From contig MFPR01000024.1 of NCBI GenBank assembly GCA_001784175.1, forward strand, positions 1-59,683: a stretch of 59,683 bases of DNA, given 5' to 3'. Position 1 is the first letter of the stretch, and the number at the start of each line of letters is the position of its first letter. A model generated the notes under the pieces. The model was not told the DNA's origin, did not search any database, and worked only from the letters and a program-made list of their open reading frames with translations. Of the stretch, positions 37,788 through 49,600 are shown piece by piece. The position numbers and the translations under genes were made by a program. Source of the stretch: Candidatus Lindowbacteria bacterium RIFCSPLOWO2_12_FULL_62_27 (lineage in GTDB: Bacteria; Lindowbacteria; 2-12-FULL-62-27).

Positions 37788-40651
37788 GCAAGCTCGGCAA
37801 ATGCTCTCTCGTCCTGGCCGCAGCGCTGGCGCTGGGGGCGCTGGTGTTCTATTTCGCGGGGGGATTTGATTCTCCAGCGACGCAAGGCGGCGAAGGGCCA
37901 GCCAGCGTTCCGTCGAAAGAAGCGGCCGGCGAATCGGAGCGGTATTTTTGGGAACGGGCGGTCGAAGAGGCCCGGCGGCGTCTGGATGCGTTGAGAGCGC
38001 CGGGCCGGGACGCCGGGCCGGAAGCCGCGCTTCCGCCGCCGGCGCCGCTGGAGACCTCGAATCAGGATCGATTTCCCGATGTCGCCGTCCCAACCGACCT
38101 TCCGCAGGCGGACGAGGAAAACCGTTTTGAGATTCCGGAATCGTTTCTGGTCAACGTCTACAAGGCGCTCCTCAGGCACGCCCGATCCGACCCGGCCGTG
38201 TCGGCGCCGGCGTTGCGGAGGCTCGCAAGCCGAACGTGGGCGTACCAGTCGATGTGGCAGATCGCTCACGGTACCGCGCTGATGAATCTGCCTCCGCCGC
38301 CCGGACCGGAGGGTTGGAAGGACCTGACGTTTCTTCTCATGGATGCGGACCGAAACGCTGACGCAATCGAGTCCCTGCGCCTGTCGGGCGCCGCGACCAA
38401 CCACACGCTGAAAAATTATCTCGAGATCGTGATCCTCCAGGCCTTGAACCGCAACCCGGACCAGCCGGTCCGTCGGCTGCAGGACGATCTCGAGGAATTT
38501 CCGCGGCATGCGCAGTTTCTTGTGACCAATCCATCCAACCGGCCTCATGTTCTCCCCGCCGCGATCGCCGGCAAGATTCGGGAGGCCGAGGAGATGTTCA
38601 ACCGCCGGCGATTTGGCCGCGCCGGATTTCGGCTCGACGAGGCCGGCGCGATTGAACTTCTGACCGAGCACGCCGCGCCGGGGCAGGACATTTGGCTGTT
38701 GATCGACGAAAGCCGCCGGCCGGCAGCCGACAAAGCCAGGTTCGTCCAAGGCCGGACGGAACATCCGATCGGCGCGTGGGGAGAGGAACGCGAGATCACG
38801 AGCGACAGCGGGCTCGCCTACTGGATTCGATCGGCCGCAATCCCGATGACGCTTCGGCCGGGGCAGGCGGAGTTTCGCATGGGGCCGGCGCGGAAATCCT
38901 TTTTTGTGACCGCCGACCCCGCGCCGCCTGATGTGTCGTGGATGGCGAGCCGCCGGGTCGTGGCGGGCGAGTGGGTTTCGGTCGACGTCCGCAGCCTCCC
39001 GCCGGCGGCGGACCGCATGAGAGCGGATGCGATCGTATCGCAGGAAAACAAGCATTGGCCGGCGGCAACCCGGGAGGGCGGCCCTGCGATGGCGATTCGC
39101 ATTCCGCGGGAAGTCCTGTCCGGCATCGCTGACCTGCGAGTCCGGGCCGGCGTCAGGATTTCGGAGCCGTATCCGTTCGAAGTCGTCGATTATCCCGTGC
39201 CCGTCAACGAGCAGACGCGCATCCGCCGGCCGGAACTTGCGGCGCTTGTGCCGGACGAGAAACTCAACTTTCAGTTCGCGACCCTTGCCGACGCCTATGC
39301 GGCCGTATGCCTGATGCCGAACGGCGAGTTCGCGGTCTGGACGCCGGAGGTCCCGGTGGATACGAGCCACGTTCCTCCCGCAGGTCGCTGGCAGGTTCCG
39401 GCCGGATGGCCACAGGGACCGGTGTGGATGGCGTGGGCCGAACGGCGCGGCGAACACTGGGTGCTGCCGACAATCGAGGGAGAACGCGTAACGGTCGGTC
39501 CCGTCGCCAATCCGCCGGAAATCCATCACGCCGCCTTTTACCGCACAGGCGTCGGCGTCTACACGGCCTTCGACGCGGAAAAAAAACGGTATGTCACTTC
39601 AGCCTTCAAGAAAGGTGACCTGGCGGTGCGCGGGATTGATCTTTGGCCGGGCGAACCATACGCCGTGAAGGTCGTATTCGAGCGCGGCGGGGAACTTCCA
39701 CTCACAGTGGAGTCAACCCTCCGGGGGCTTCTGACGGTGAATCTGGACGCGAACGGGCCGGCGCCGGTCAAAATCAGGGTGGCCAAACTGATTCGGAACC
39801 AGCCCGGCGAGTTCGCTGCGCTGCCGGTGCATGACGCGTCCGACGCCGACGCGCTGAACGCCCAGACGCCGCAGGGCCGGGCTGCAGCCGAGTGGCTGCG
39901 GCAGGCGGTGTTGGCGGCGCGCATCGAAGGCGGGCCGGCCGCGCCCGTGCCGGTCTCGCCGTGGGGCGGCGCGTGGAAGTACGCCGCGGAGCCAGAGGGA
40001 ACCACCTACACGTGGATGGCGTTTGACGGAGCGGGCGTGCTGCGCGCACAGTTTCGTTCCGACGGCGGCGCCGCCTCGGAATGGATCGAATACGATCTTC
40101 TGACCGGAGGGGAATCCATCGGAGAGTTGCGGGCGAACGCGCTGCAAACGGGAAACGGACTCGGCAACCTTGTGGCCGATGCGATCCGCGAGGCCGCGCA
40201 GTCGCAGATGAGCCTGATTTCGGCGAACGATCTGCGCGGAAACATTCCGGCGGGGCCAGTCACCCTGGGACTGATCGAACGCGCCGTCGAGGATCCGCAG
40301 GGGAGGCCGCGAACCCTCCATCTCACCGGGCGCGAACTCAGAGAATGCACGCTCCAGATCCTCGATCAGGCGGCTGCATTCGGTTCAGGGTTCACGGCGG
40401 AGATCACCGATCCGACCGACCCCACACAGGTGAGGATTCTCCTGCAGGGTGTCAACGCCGTCTGGGATGAGCAGGTCTACTCGGTCACGCTGACGGAAAG
40501 GCAGGCCGAACGCCTGTCGTCCACGCTGGGCCGGGACGCCTGGCAGAACGCCGAAAGTTCCGCGACGATTCAGGCGGCGCTGGAAAAATACGTCCGGCGG
40601 CATTCCCCCCTCTCACCCGACGAGCGAGAGAGAGTGGCGGTTCGGAAATAA
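37784..40651 (+). CDS. Large membrane-anchored protein ending in a 5'-nucleotidase C-terminal-like domain
   Basis: N-terminal TM; GNLVADAIR...LRGNIPAGPVTLG near the C-terminus. Confidence 0.75.
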   Translation: MSKLGKCSLVLAAALALGALVFYFAGGFDSPATQGGEGPASVPSKEAAGESERYFWERAVEEARRRLDALRAPGRDAGPEAALPPPAPLETSNQDRFPDVAVPTDLPQADEENRFEIPESFLVNVYKALLRHARSDPAVSAPALRRLASRTWAYQSMWQIAHGTALMNLPPPPGPEGWKDLTFLLMDADRNADAIESLRLSGAATNHTLKNYLEIVILQALNRNPDQPVRRLQDDLEEFPRHAQFLVTNPSNRPHVLPAAIAGKIREAEEMFNRRRFGRAGFRLDEAGAIELLTEHAAPGQDIWLLIDESRRPAADKARFVQGRTEHPIGAWGEEREITSDSGLAYWIRSAAIPMTLRPGQAEFRMGPARKSFFVTADPAPPDVSWMASRRVVAGEWVSVDVRSLPPAADRMRADAIVSQENKHWPAATREGGPAMAIRIPREVLSGIADLRVRAGVRISEPYPFEVVDYPVPVNEQTRIRRPELAALVPDEKLNFQFATLADAYAAVCLMPNGEFAVWTPEVPVDTSHVPPAGRWQVPAGWPQGPVWMAWAERRGEHWVLPTIEGERVTVGPVANPPEIHHAAFYRTGVGVYTAFDAEKKRYVTSAFKKGDLAVRGIDLWPGEPYAVKVVFERGGELPLTVESTLRGLLTVNLDANGPAPVKIRVAKLIRNQPGEFAALPVHDASDADALNAQTPQGRAAAEWLRQAVLAARIEGGPAAPVPVSPWGGAWKYAAEPEGTTYTWMAFDGAGVLRAQFRSDGGAASEWIEYDLLTGGESIGELRANALQTGNGLGNLVADAIREAAQSQMSLISANDLRGNIPAGPVTLGLIERAVEDPQGRPRTLHLTGRELRECTLQILDQAAAFGSGFTAEITDPTDPTQVRILLQGVNAVWDEQVYSVTLTERQAERLSSTLGRDAWQNAESSATIQAALEKYVRRHSPLSPDERERVAVRK

Positions 40652-40664
40652 TCGTGTAACAAAA

Positions 40665-43600
40665 TTACCGGACGATCGCGAGTTTGTCGACGAGCTTGTT
40701 TCCGGCCGCCTCCAGAATGTAGATGTACACGCCGGAACCGACCTTCTGGCCGGTCCGGTTCGTGCCGTCCCATTGCAGGCTCGTGTTGCTGCCGGGCGCG
40801 CCGGTTTCCTTCATCTCCCCGACCAACCGGCCGCCTACGTCGAATATTTTTAGCGTGACCTCCCCGGCCGCCTGCAGGTTGTACTTGAAGGTGACGCGGC
40901 CCGCCGCGTCCGGGCCCGGGTTCGGATACGCGAAGGTCTGATCCGCCGAAAGCGGCGCCGCGAGAAACGCGGCGAGATGCCCGGGCATGCCCACGGCCAG
41001 GGTCAATGAGATTTTAGATTTTAGATTTTCGATTTTAGATTCTAAAACCAATGACGATGACGCGCGTAAATCGACGGGGCCGGACGGGGCGCCCAGGAGA
41101 TACGCGCCGTAGTCGGACGGCAGGCCGCTCGCGTCCCATTTCAGCGTCACGCTGCCGGTCGCGCCGCTCACGACCACGGGCCAGACCGACGCTGTCTTCA
41201 CGGGCGCCGCGATGCTTGTTGCATAGGACTTCATTGCGAATTGTTCATTGCCTGCATTGGCCTCTCCGACCATTACCTGCAAATCACCAATCATCCCCGG
41301 CGCTTTCCACAGGTCGTTCATGTCCTCACCGTCGACGGCGGCCGGCGCCACGCCAAGATACGCGTACTCGTCCCTGATCTCGGGCACGCCGCTGTACGCC
41401 ATCAGGCGCAGGCGCCAGTTGGAGACGTCACCCTCCCCTGCCCCCCCTTGTGAAGGGGGGGTGTAAATCGGCGACGCCTGTCTCACCCGGCCTGTCTGCG
41501 GCATGCGTTTGTTCGGGATGAATACCATCGTGCACGGCGCGTTGACTTTCACCCAGTATCCGACCCACGGTTTGAGTTGAACCGTCGTGTCGCCGGCGGC
41601 CCACGGGTTCTCGTACTGGTCCGCGACCTGACTGCGCCACTGAAGGCCCGTGTCGATCGCGGGTACACCGGGCGTGAAACTTCTCAGCGACAGGAGCATG
41701 TCCGGCGCCGTGTCCAGCGTGACAAACACGTCGTCCAGCCAGTCGATGAAGTGCGGGAAAGGATTGCCGATCATGTGCGCGCCCGCGACGGCGAGTCGCA
41801 CCTTGAATGTGTCGGCCGCGGCGATCGGCGCATAAGCGCCGGCGTCGTAGAGGCCGAGCCCTGTCGCCTCCATGGTCTTGAACCAGTAGCCACGGCCGAG
41901 TTTGTATTCGCTGAATATGTTGGGCGACGCGTCGTTCGGGGCCGCCTGGCCGGAGATCGACCGGTACCGGTTGAAAGGCGCGACCGGCGAGAGCGCGGGA
42001 TCGTATTCGTAGGAAAGCGCCGCGCCGCCGTACGAGAGTTTGCCGAGCGCCGTGGCGGTGGCCGTGACGGTGTCGGGATGTTTGAAGGGCGCGAACATCG
42101 TCCACTTGTTCGCGAGGACGCGGCGCTTGTTCGTGTAAATCGCAAAGATGACGTCATCCGCGGGGCCGGACCGAACCGACGCCGTGATCATGTAGAGGCC
42201 GTCGCCGCTTGAGAGCGCGGTCGTGTATGTGAGCCGGCCATCGGAGTTGGCGCGGCCGGCGGTCAGGGCCGTGGGGACGCCGCTGTCGTAGGAGACTTCG
42301 AACGAAACGTTCGCGAAGGGAATGAGCTGGCCGAGCGGCCCGTCCTTGACGTCGACCACGAGCGTGCAGGTTTGGCCGTTGGCGATGACCTGGTGGTTGC
42401 CGCTGACAAGGAAGAGCGTATCACCGTTGGCGAAGACGGTGGCTTTGGAGAACGTGTCCGAGAAAAAGCTTGCGTTGACCAGCGTCGCGGTGTCCTCCGC
42501 GGTCAGGCGGTAATAATAGGTGACGGTATCCAACGCGTTCGTGTCCGTGAACGTCGTCTGGCCGCCGGTCAAGGTCGCGTAGAGCGCGTTGGCCCAGTGG
42601 GTCGTGTCGGGCGATCCGGCCAGCCGGTAAATCCGGACGGCGCCGAATCCGGTCCGGGGCGAGGCGGAGTCCTCGTCGAGGGTCGGGTTGGACCACGTGA
42701 GTTTGAGGACGTTGGGCGTGATCGTGTCGACGGCAATATTTTGCGGCGGCAGGGGCGGGACGGAGTCGGCGGTCGGCGCGGTGTCGATCAAGCCGAGACG
42801 GTAGGGAGAGAACAGGACCGAGTCGCCATTCGATGCTTGATAGATCATCTTCTTGATCCTGGTTTCATCCGTCGTGCCCCACCAGTTGCGGGTGAAGGTA
42901 AATTTGTTGGTCGCCGAAGTCGAGCTGTTATAGACCGCGCTGTCGGGATTTGTCGTAGACGGAACGATGTTGTTCTTCTGGACGGTGTCGGAGGAGGAAG
43001 CGCCGTCGATATAGACCTGATATTGGGCGTTGTTCCTGACATCGTTCTGAACGATGGTGTTGTTCGAACTCAGTTCCAGTTGGATCCCTTCGGCCGAATT
43101 CGAATTGGCCGTGTTGCCGCTCACCGTGTTGTTCGAACTTGAAACCAGACCGATACCGCCGTCCGCATTCGAAGTCGACGTATTGCCCGTCACCGTGTTG
43201 TTCGAACTCAGTTCCAGATAGATGCCGACATCCGCATTCGAACTGGATGTGTTGCCGCTCACTATGTTGTTCGTCGTCGTCCACAGGCCAAATCCTTTGT
43301 TCCAATTCGAACCGGCCGCGTTGCCCGTCACCGTGTTGCTGTTCGAATTCAAAGACAGATAGATGCCCCACTGATTGAAATGGGCCGTGTTGCCGCTCAC
43401 CGTATTGCTGTCGGATCCGTTTAAGAGATAAATGCCGTGGCTCCCATTGGAACACGCGCTATCTCCGAAAATGGATGAGAGATCGACATTATTGAAATAG
43501 ATGCCTTCGAAGGCGCCTGTGACGCCCATGGTTTTGATCAAAAGCCCCGTGCGGCCCGTGGCGTAGATTCCGTACAACGTGGTTACGCTCGAATCTCCCG

Positions 43601-46600
43601 GCGGGTCGATCACCGTCGCGACCGAGTCCTTGCCGATCAGCGCCACGGCGTTTGTGTCGATTACGACGGTTTCCGCGTACAGCCCCGCGTCGATCAGGAC
43701 CGTGTCGCCCTGCGACACGAGCGTCAGCGCTTTCTGGATCGTCCGAAACGGCGTCGCTCTCGCCAAACCCGACTGCGTGTCACTGCCCGCGCCTGTCGAG
43801 AAGGAGTCGCCCGTCAGGGACGTGTCGTTCACGTACCAGACATTCGGGATATTCGTGTCGACGGCCGGCGTGACGGTTTTCGTGTCCGCAAACGGAGACT
43901 CGTTGAAGAATCCGCCGGCCAGGGTCTCCGATGCGCTGAGTCTATAATAATAGGTTGTCCCGGCGACAACCGTGAAGTCTGTGTAGCTCACCACGCCGGC
44001 CCCGACGCTCGCCAGAAACGCGTTTCTCCAGTCGGTCGTATCGGGCACGGTCAGACGATAGACGCGGTACTCGGTGAGATCCGCCGGGGACTTACCGTCC
44101 TCGTTGAAGTCGGGCGTGTCCCAGGTGACGAGGACCTGATTGCCGGACCCGCTCACGCCGTTCAAGGCGAACGTATCGGGCGTTCCGGGCGCGGCTGTGT
44201 CGGCCGCGACCATGAACGTGTCCACCGGGCTGGTGCGCGCCGGGAACAGTTTGACGGAGCCGTCGTTGATCGTTTTCGACAGGATCACGTTCATGTCCCG
44301 GAACCCCCACCAATTGCGGCGCGCGTCGAAGTTCGGGGACGATCCCATGTCCATGAGGGTCGATGACATGTTGATGACGTTGTTGGCCACGAAGGAGTCG
44401 GCGCCGGCGCCGGAAAGCCATACACCCGTGTCGGAGTTGTAAATCTGGTTGTGGTAGATGCGGTTGCTTCCGCCGGTCGATACGAATTCCATCGCCATGT
44501 TGCTGTTTCGGACGATGTTGTCACGGACGGTGTTGCGCGCCGCGCTGGTCTTGAGCTTGATGCCGTGTCCGTGCCGGCCGGAGTGACTTTGCCGTTCGAT
44601 CGTGTTTTCCGCGATGACGTTATCCTGACTGCCGTTGTCGAAGTGGATGCCGTCCCGGACCAGGTCTGAAATGTGATTGTTCAACACGCGCGTCAGGTGC
44701 GCGCTGTCGCCCACGACGCCGAAATGGACGTTGCGGATGTCAACCGAACGGATGACGGCCGACGAGCAGGAAGACGCGAGAAAGACGGCGTTGTGCTCGT
44801 TGACGTTCGCCAGGGGCGGATCCGTGCCGATGCTGGTGCGGCTGGAATCGATTCCGTCGATAAAAAGGCCTTCAAGCCGGGTGTTTGTCCATGCCCGGAT
44901 GATCGTGCCCGTGTCATAGGCGATTTTGGCCCACGTGTCGAACACCGCGTCGGCGCCGGAGAAGGCCTTCTTCGAAATCAGCGTCAGCCCGGTATCGCCG
45001 CGCAGGTCGAGCTGTTGGTAGTAGGAATCTCCGCCCGGCTTGGCGAAGACGACGATCGTGTCCCAGCCGCTGGTGGGGTTGAGCGCGGCAAGCGCCTCGT
45101 TGATGTTGCGGTAGGCCTTAGTCGTGTCGCCCGCGTCGGGGGCGGTTGAGTCGCCAAACGACGAGACGTAGACCGTGACGGCGCCGGTGTCGGCAAAAAC
45201 CCGCATCATCGACGGCTGGGAGTCGGAGAAGAACGACTGGTTGTCCAGCGTTGCCGTGTCGTAGGCCGTCACACGGTAATAGTAAGTCGTTCCGACGGAC
45301 GCGGACGTATCCTGAAACCGGATCCCAGCGCCGACGATCTTTCCGATCATGATCCAGGATGAAGTGTCCGGAATGGCGCTGCGGAATATCCGGTATCCCT
45401 CGAGACCCGCGCCGCCGGCCACGCCTTCCTCGTTGGCCGTGACCGATGTCCACTCCAGAATGATGCTCGTGTCGGTGTTGGCCGAAACGACGGCGACGGT
45501 ATCGGGGGCTTTGGGCGCGGTCGTATCCGCGCCGGCGGTCGTGTCGACCTGCCCCAGCCGGAACGGCTGCCAGATCACGGAATCGCCGTTCGATTCCTGA
45601 AAGATCATCTTCTTGATCCGCTCCGTGTCGGTCGAGTTCCACCAGTTGCGGGTGAGGGTGAATTTGTTGGTCGTCACTGTCGATCCGTTATAGACCCCGC
45701 TGTCGGGGTTTGTCCCGGACGGCACAAGGTTGTTCATCTGGACGGTGTCCGAGGAGGACGTGCCGCTGATATAAACCTGATATTGGGTGTTGTTTCTGAC
45801 GTCGTTCTGAATGATCGTATTGCTTGAACTCGAAGACACATTGATACCGTCAACGGAATTCGAACTGACCGTGTTGTTCGTCACCGTGTTGTTCGAACTC
45901 GAAGACAGCAAGATACCGTAGATCGAATTCGAATTGGCCGTGTTGTTCGTCAGCGTGTTGTTGCTCGAATTCGAAAGCAGATAGATGCCGACCGAGAAAT
46001 TCGAACTGGCCGTGTTGTTCGTCAACGTGTTGTTGTTCGAACTCGTAGTCAGATTGATGCCGTCGTTGGAATTCAATCTGGCCGTGTTGTTCGTCAACGT
46101 GTTGTTCGAACTCGAAGATAGAACGATGCCGTACGCCAAATTCGAACTGGCCGTGTTGTTCGTCACTGTGTTGTTGTTCGAACTCGTACCCAGAACGATG
46201 CCGATCGATGTATTCAAACCGGCCGAGCTGTTGCTGATGGTATTGGAATCGGAATTGACGCTCAGGGAGATGCCGTTATTGCCGCAGGATGCCGCGCTGT
46301 CGCTTTCGATGGTCGAATTGTCCACATTGTGGAAATAAATTCCGTCAAACGCCCCGGTAACGCCGATGTTTTTGATGAGCAAGCCCGACTGTGTGTCGGC
46401 GTAGATGCCGTAGAGGCCGGACAGCCCATTCGCCCCAGGCGGATTGATCACCGTCGCGCCCGAATCCTTACCGATGAGCGTGATCGAGTCCTTGTCGATG
46501 TTCACGCCGTACGTTTCGGTGGCGGTGGCGGCGGTGACGTACGAGTCGTACAACCCCGCATCGATGTATATCGTGTCCCCGGCGGTCGCCATCCGCATGG

Positions 46601-49600
46601 CCATCGGGATCGAGGCGAAGGGGCTGGAAATCGTCCCCTGGCCCGTGATGTCCGACCCCGTCGCGGTGGCCCAACTGTCGCCCACGGTCGAGCCGTCGTT
46701 CACGTACCAGTTCACGCGGCTGGTGAATGACGCGCTATCCGACGGCTGGGAGTCGGAGAAAAAGCTCGCGTTATCGAGCGTCGCGGTGTCATAGGCCACG
46801 ACGCGGTAGTAATAGACACGCCCCGGCGCCACGTCCGTATCCTGATACCGGATCCCCGTCGGCTTCCAGACCATGATCCACGACGATGTGTCTTTCACGG
46901 CGCTCCGAAAGACGCGGTATCCCTCCAATCCCACCGCGCCGCCGTTGGCCGGTTCCTCCAGCGCGGTGACCGCCGTCCACTCCACGATGATGGACGTGTC
47001 GTTGCCCGTAGCCGCAACCGTGTCCGGCGCTTTCGGCGCGGTCGTATCGGCGCCGGCGGTGGTGTCGACCTCGCCGAGGCGGTAGGGCTGGAACTGGATG
47101 CGGCTTGGCGTGGCTGTGTCGAAAATCATTTTGCTGATGCGCCCGGAGTCCGTCGAATTCCAGTAATTCCGCTTGAAATCGAAGGTTTTGCCGGTACTGT
47201 TGTACGCGCCGCTGTCGGGGTTGGTCGGCGATGTTCGAATGTTGTTCTTCACCACCGTGTCGGAACTCGATGCCCCGTTGATGTAGACCTGGTACAGGAG
47301 GTTCGAATCAATCGTGTTCTGAGTGATGACGTTGCCGACAGGCGAAGCGTCCAGATGGATGCCATGGGACGCGTTGTTCTGAATGAGGTTGTTCTTCAGC
47401 AAGTTGTTGTTGCTCGCCAAATTCAACCGGACGCCCTGTGAGGTGTTGTTCCGGCTGATGTTGTCCTTGAGGATGTTGCTGCCCGACGACTGGAACCAGA
47501 ACCCGATCGCGGTGTTTTTCTCGCTGGTGTTGCCGGTCAGGGTGTTGCCGGAACTGACGCCGTCAACGAAAAAGCCGTGCGATGTGTTGTTCCGGCTGGT
47601 GTTGTTGGCGACGGTGTTGTTGTTGCAACTGGAATTCAATCTGAACCCGAAGGCCGCATTGTTCCCCGCGGTGTTGTTCGTCAGGGTGTTGCTGACGCAG
47701 TTCGTGAAGAGGCTGAATCCCATCGATGTGTTGGTATCGCTGGTATTGCCGGTGAGCGTGTTGAAATCACTGTTGTTCTGGAGGACAAATCCATCGTCGT
47801 TGTTGTGGCTGGTGTTGTTGATCAGGGTGCTGCGCGTGGTGGTTGTCAAAGAAAATCCGGCCACCCCGTTGTTCCTGGACAGGCTGTTCGACAGGGTATC
47901 ATTTGAACTGGACGCGATATAAACGCCGTTTCCTGAATTGAAGTTCGTTGTCAGCTGAGCGAGGGTGTTGGTGTCCGACCCGCCCGAGAGAGACACGCCC
48001 GAGTTCCCATTGGCCGACGCGCTGTCTCCCGTCAGATTTGAGAGATCAACATTTTCAAGGTGGATCCCATCATACGCTCCTGTCACTCCAAGGTTCTTGA
48101 TCCACAGACCCGTCTGCGTGTCGGCGTAAATGCCGTAGAGATTGGCCTGCGTATTCGGCCCGGGCGGGTCGATCACCGTCGCGCTCGAATCCTTGCCGAC
48201 CAGCGTGATCGAGTCCTTGTCGATGTTCACGCCGGCCGTGTCCGTTCCGTTGACGACTACGTAGGAGTCAAACGTCCCGGCGTCGATGAAGATCGTGTCG
48301 CCGGCGGTCGCCATCCGCATCGCCATCGGGATCGACGCGAACGGGCTGGAGATCGTCCCCTGGCCCGAGAGGTCCGACCCCGTCGCGGTGGCCCAGCTGT
48401 CGCCCGCGGTCGAGCCGTCGTTCACGTACCAGTTCACGCGCGAGGCGAAGGAGGCGCTGTCGCCCGGTTGGGAATCGGAGAAAAAGCTCTCGTTGGCGAG
48501 CGCCGGGGTGTCTAAGGCCGTCACGCGGTAATAGAATTTCTGGCCGGGCGCAAGGTCCGTGTCCTGCCAGCCGTCGACGGCCGATCCCACCTGCGCGACC
48601 TTGATCCACGACGACGTGTCTTTCACCGCGCTTCGGTAAATCCGATATCCCGAAAGGCCCACCGCGCCGCCGTTGGATTCCTCAAGGCTTGATGTAGCCT
48701 GCCAAGTGACGGTGACCGACGTGTCGTTCCCGGCCGCCGCCACGGTGTCCGGCGCTTTCGGCGCGGTCGTGTCGGCGCCCGCCGTCGTGTCGACCTCGCC
48801 GAGGCGAAACGGGATGTATCCGATGCGGTTGACGTAGCCCGTATCGAACATCTTGCGCCCGATGGCCACCGTGTCCACCGTGTTCCACCAGTTGCGCGCG
48901 AAGTCGTACGTGTTGCCGGTCCAGTTGTACACCCCGCTGTCGGGATTCGTCGACGACGTCACGATGTTGTTCTTCTGCACCGTGTCCGACGACGAGGTGC
49001 CGGTGATAAAGATCTGATACGACGTATTCAGCCTCAAGTCGTTTAGACTCACCGTATTGTTCGAAGACGAGGTTAGATTGATTCCATAGTATCCATTCGA
49101 ACTGAGCGTGTTGTTTGTGACCGTGTTGTTGTTCGAACTCGAAGTCAAAAACAGGCCGGTGCTGCTATTCGACGTGATCGCGTTGTTCGTTATCGTGTTG
49201 TTCGAACCCCCGGTCAGATAGATGCCGGTGCTGCCCGAACGAATCGTGTTGTTCGTTATCGTGGCGCCGCCTGTGCCGTTAACCAGTTGGATTCCGGTGC
49301 TGTTCGAAGTGAGCGTGTTGTTCGTCACCGTGCTGCCGTTTGAACCATTGTTCAATATGATGCCGTAGGCGTTCGAAGTGAGCGTGTTGTTCGTCAGCGT
49401 GTTGTTGAACGAAGACGCAAGCACATCGATGCCGTTGTTTGTATTCGACTGCGCCGCGCTGTTTTTGACGGTGTTGGTGTCGGAACCGTTGCCCATGCGG
49501 ATGCCGTCGTTGCCGCAGGAACTTGCGCTGTCGCCGTCGATGGTCGAGTAGTCCACGTTATAGAAATGAATCCCGTTATACGCCCCCGTCACGCCGATGT

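Noticed and set aside
37715-39529. 604-aa minus-strand ORF
   Set aside because: Antisense to the 955-aa gene, Arg-rich and without motifs
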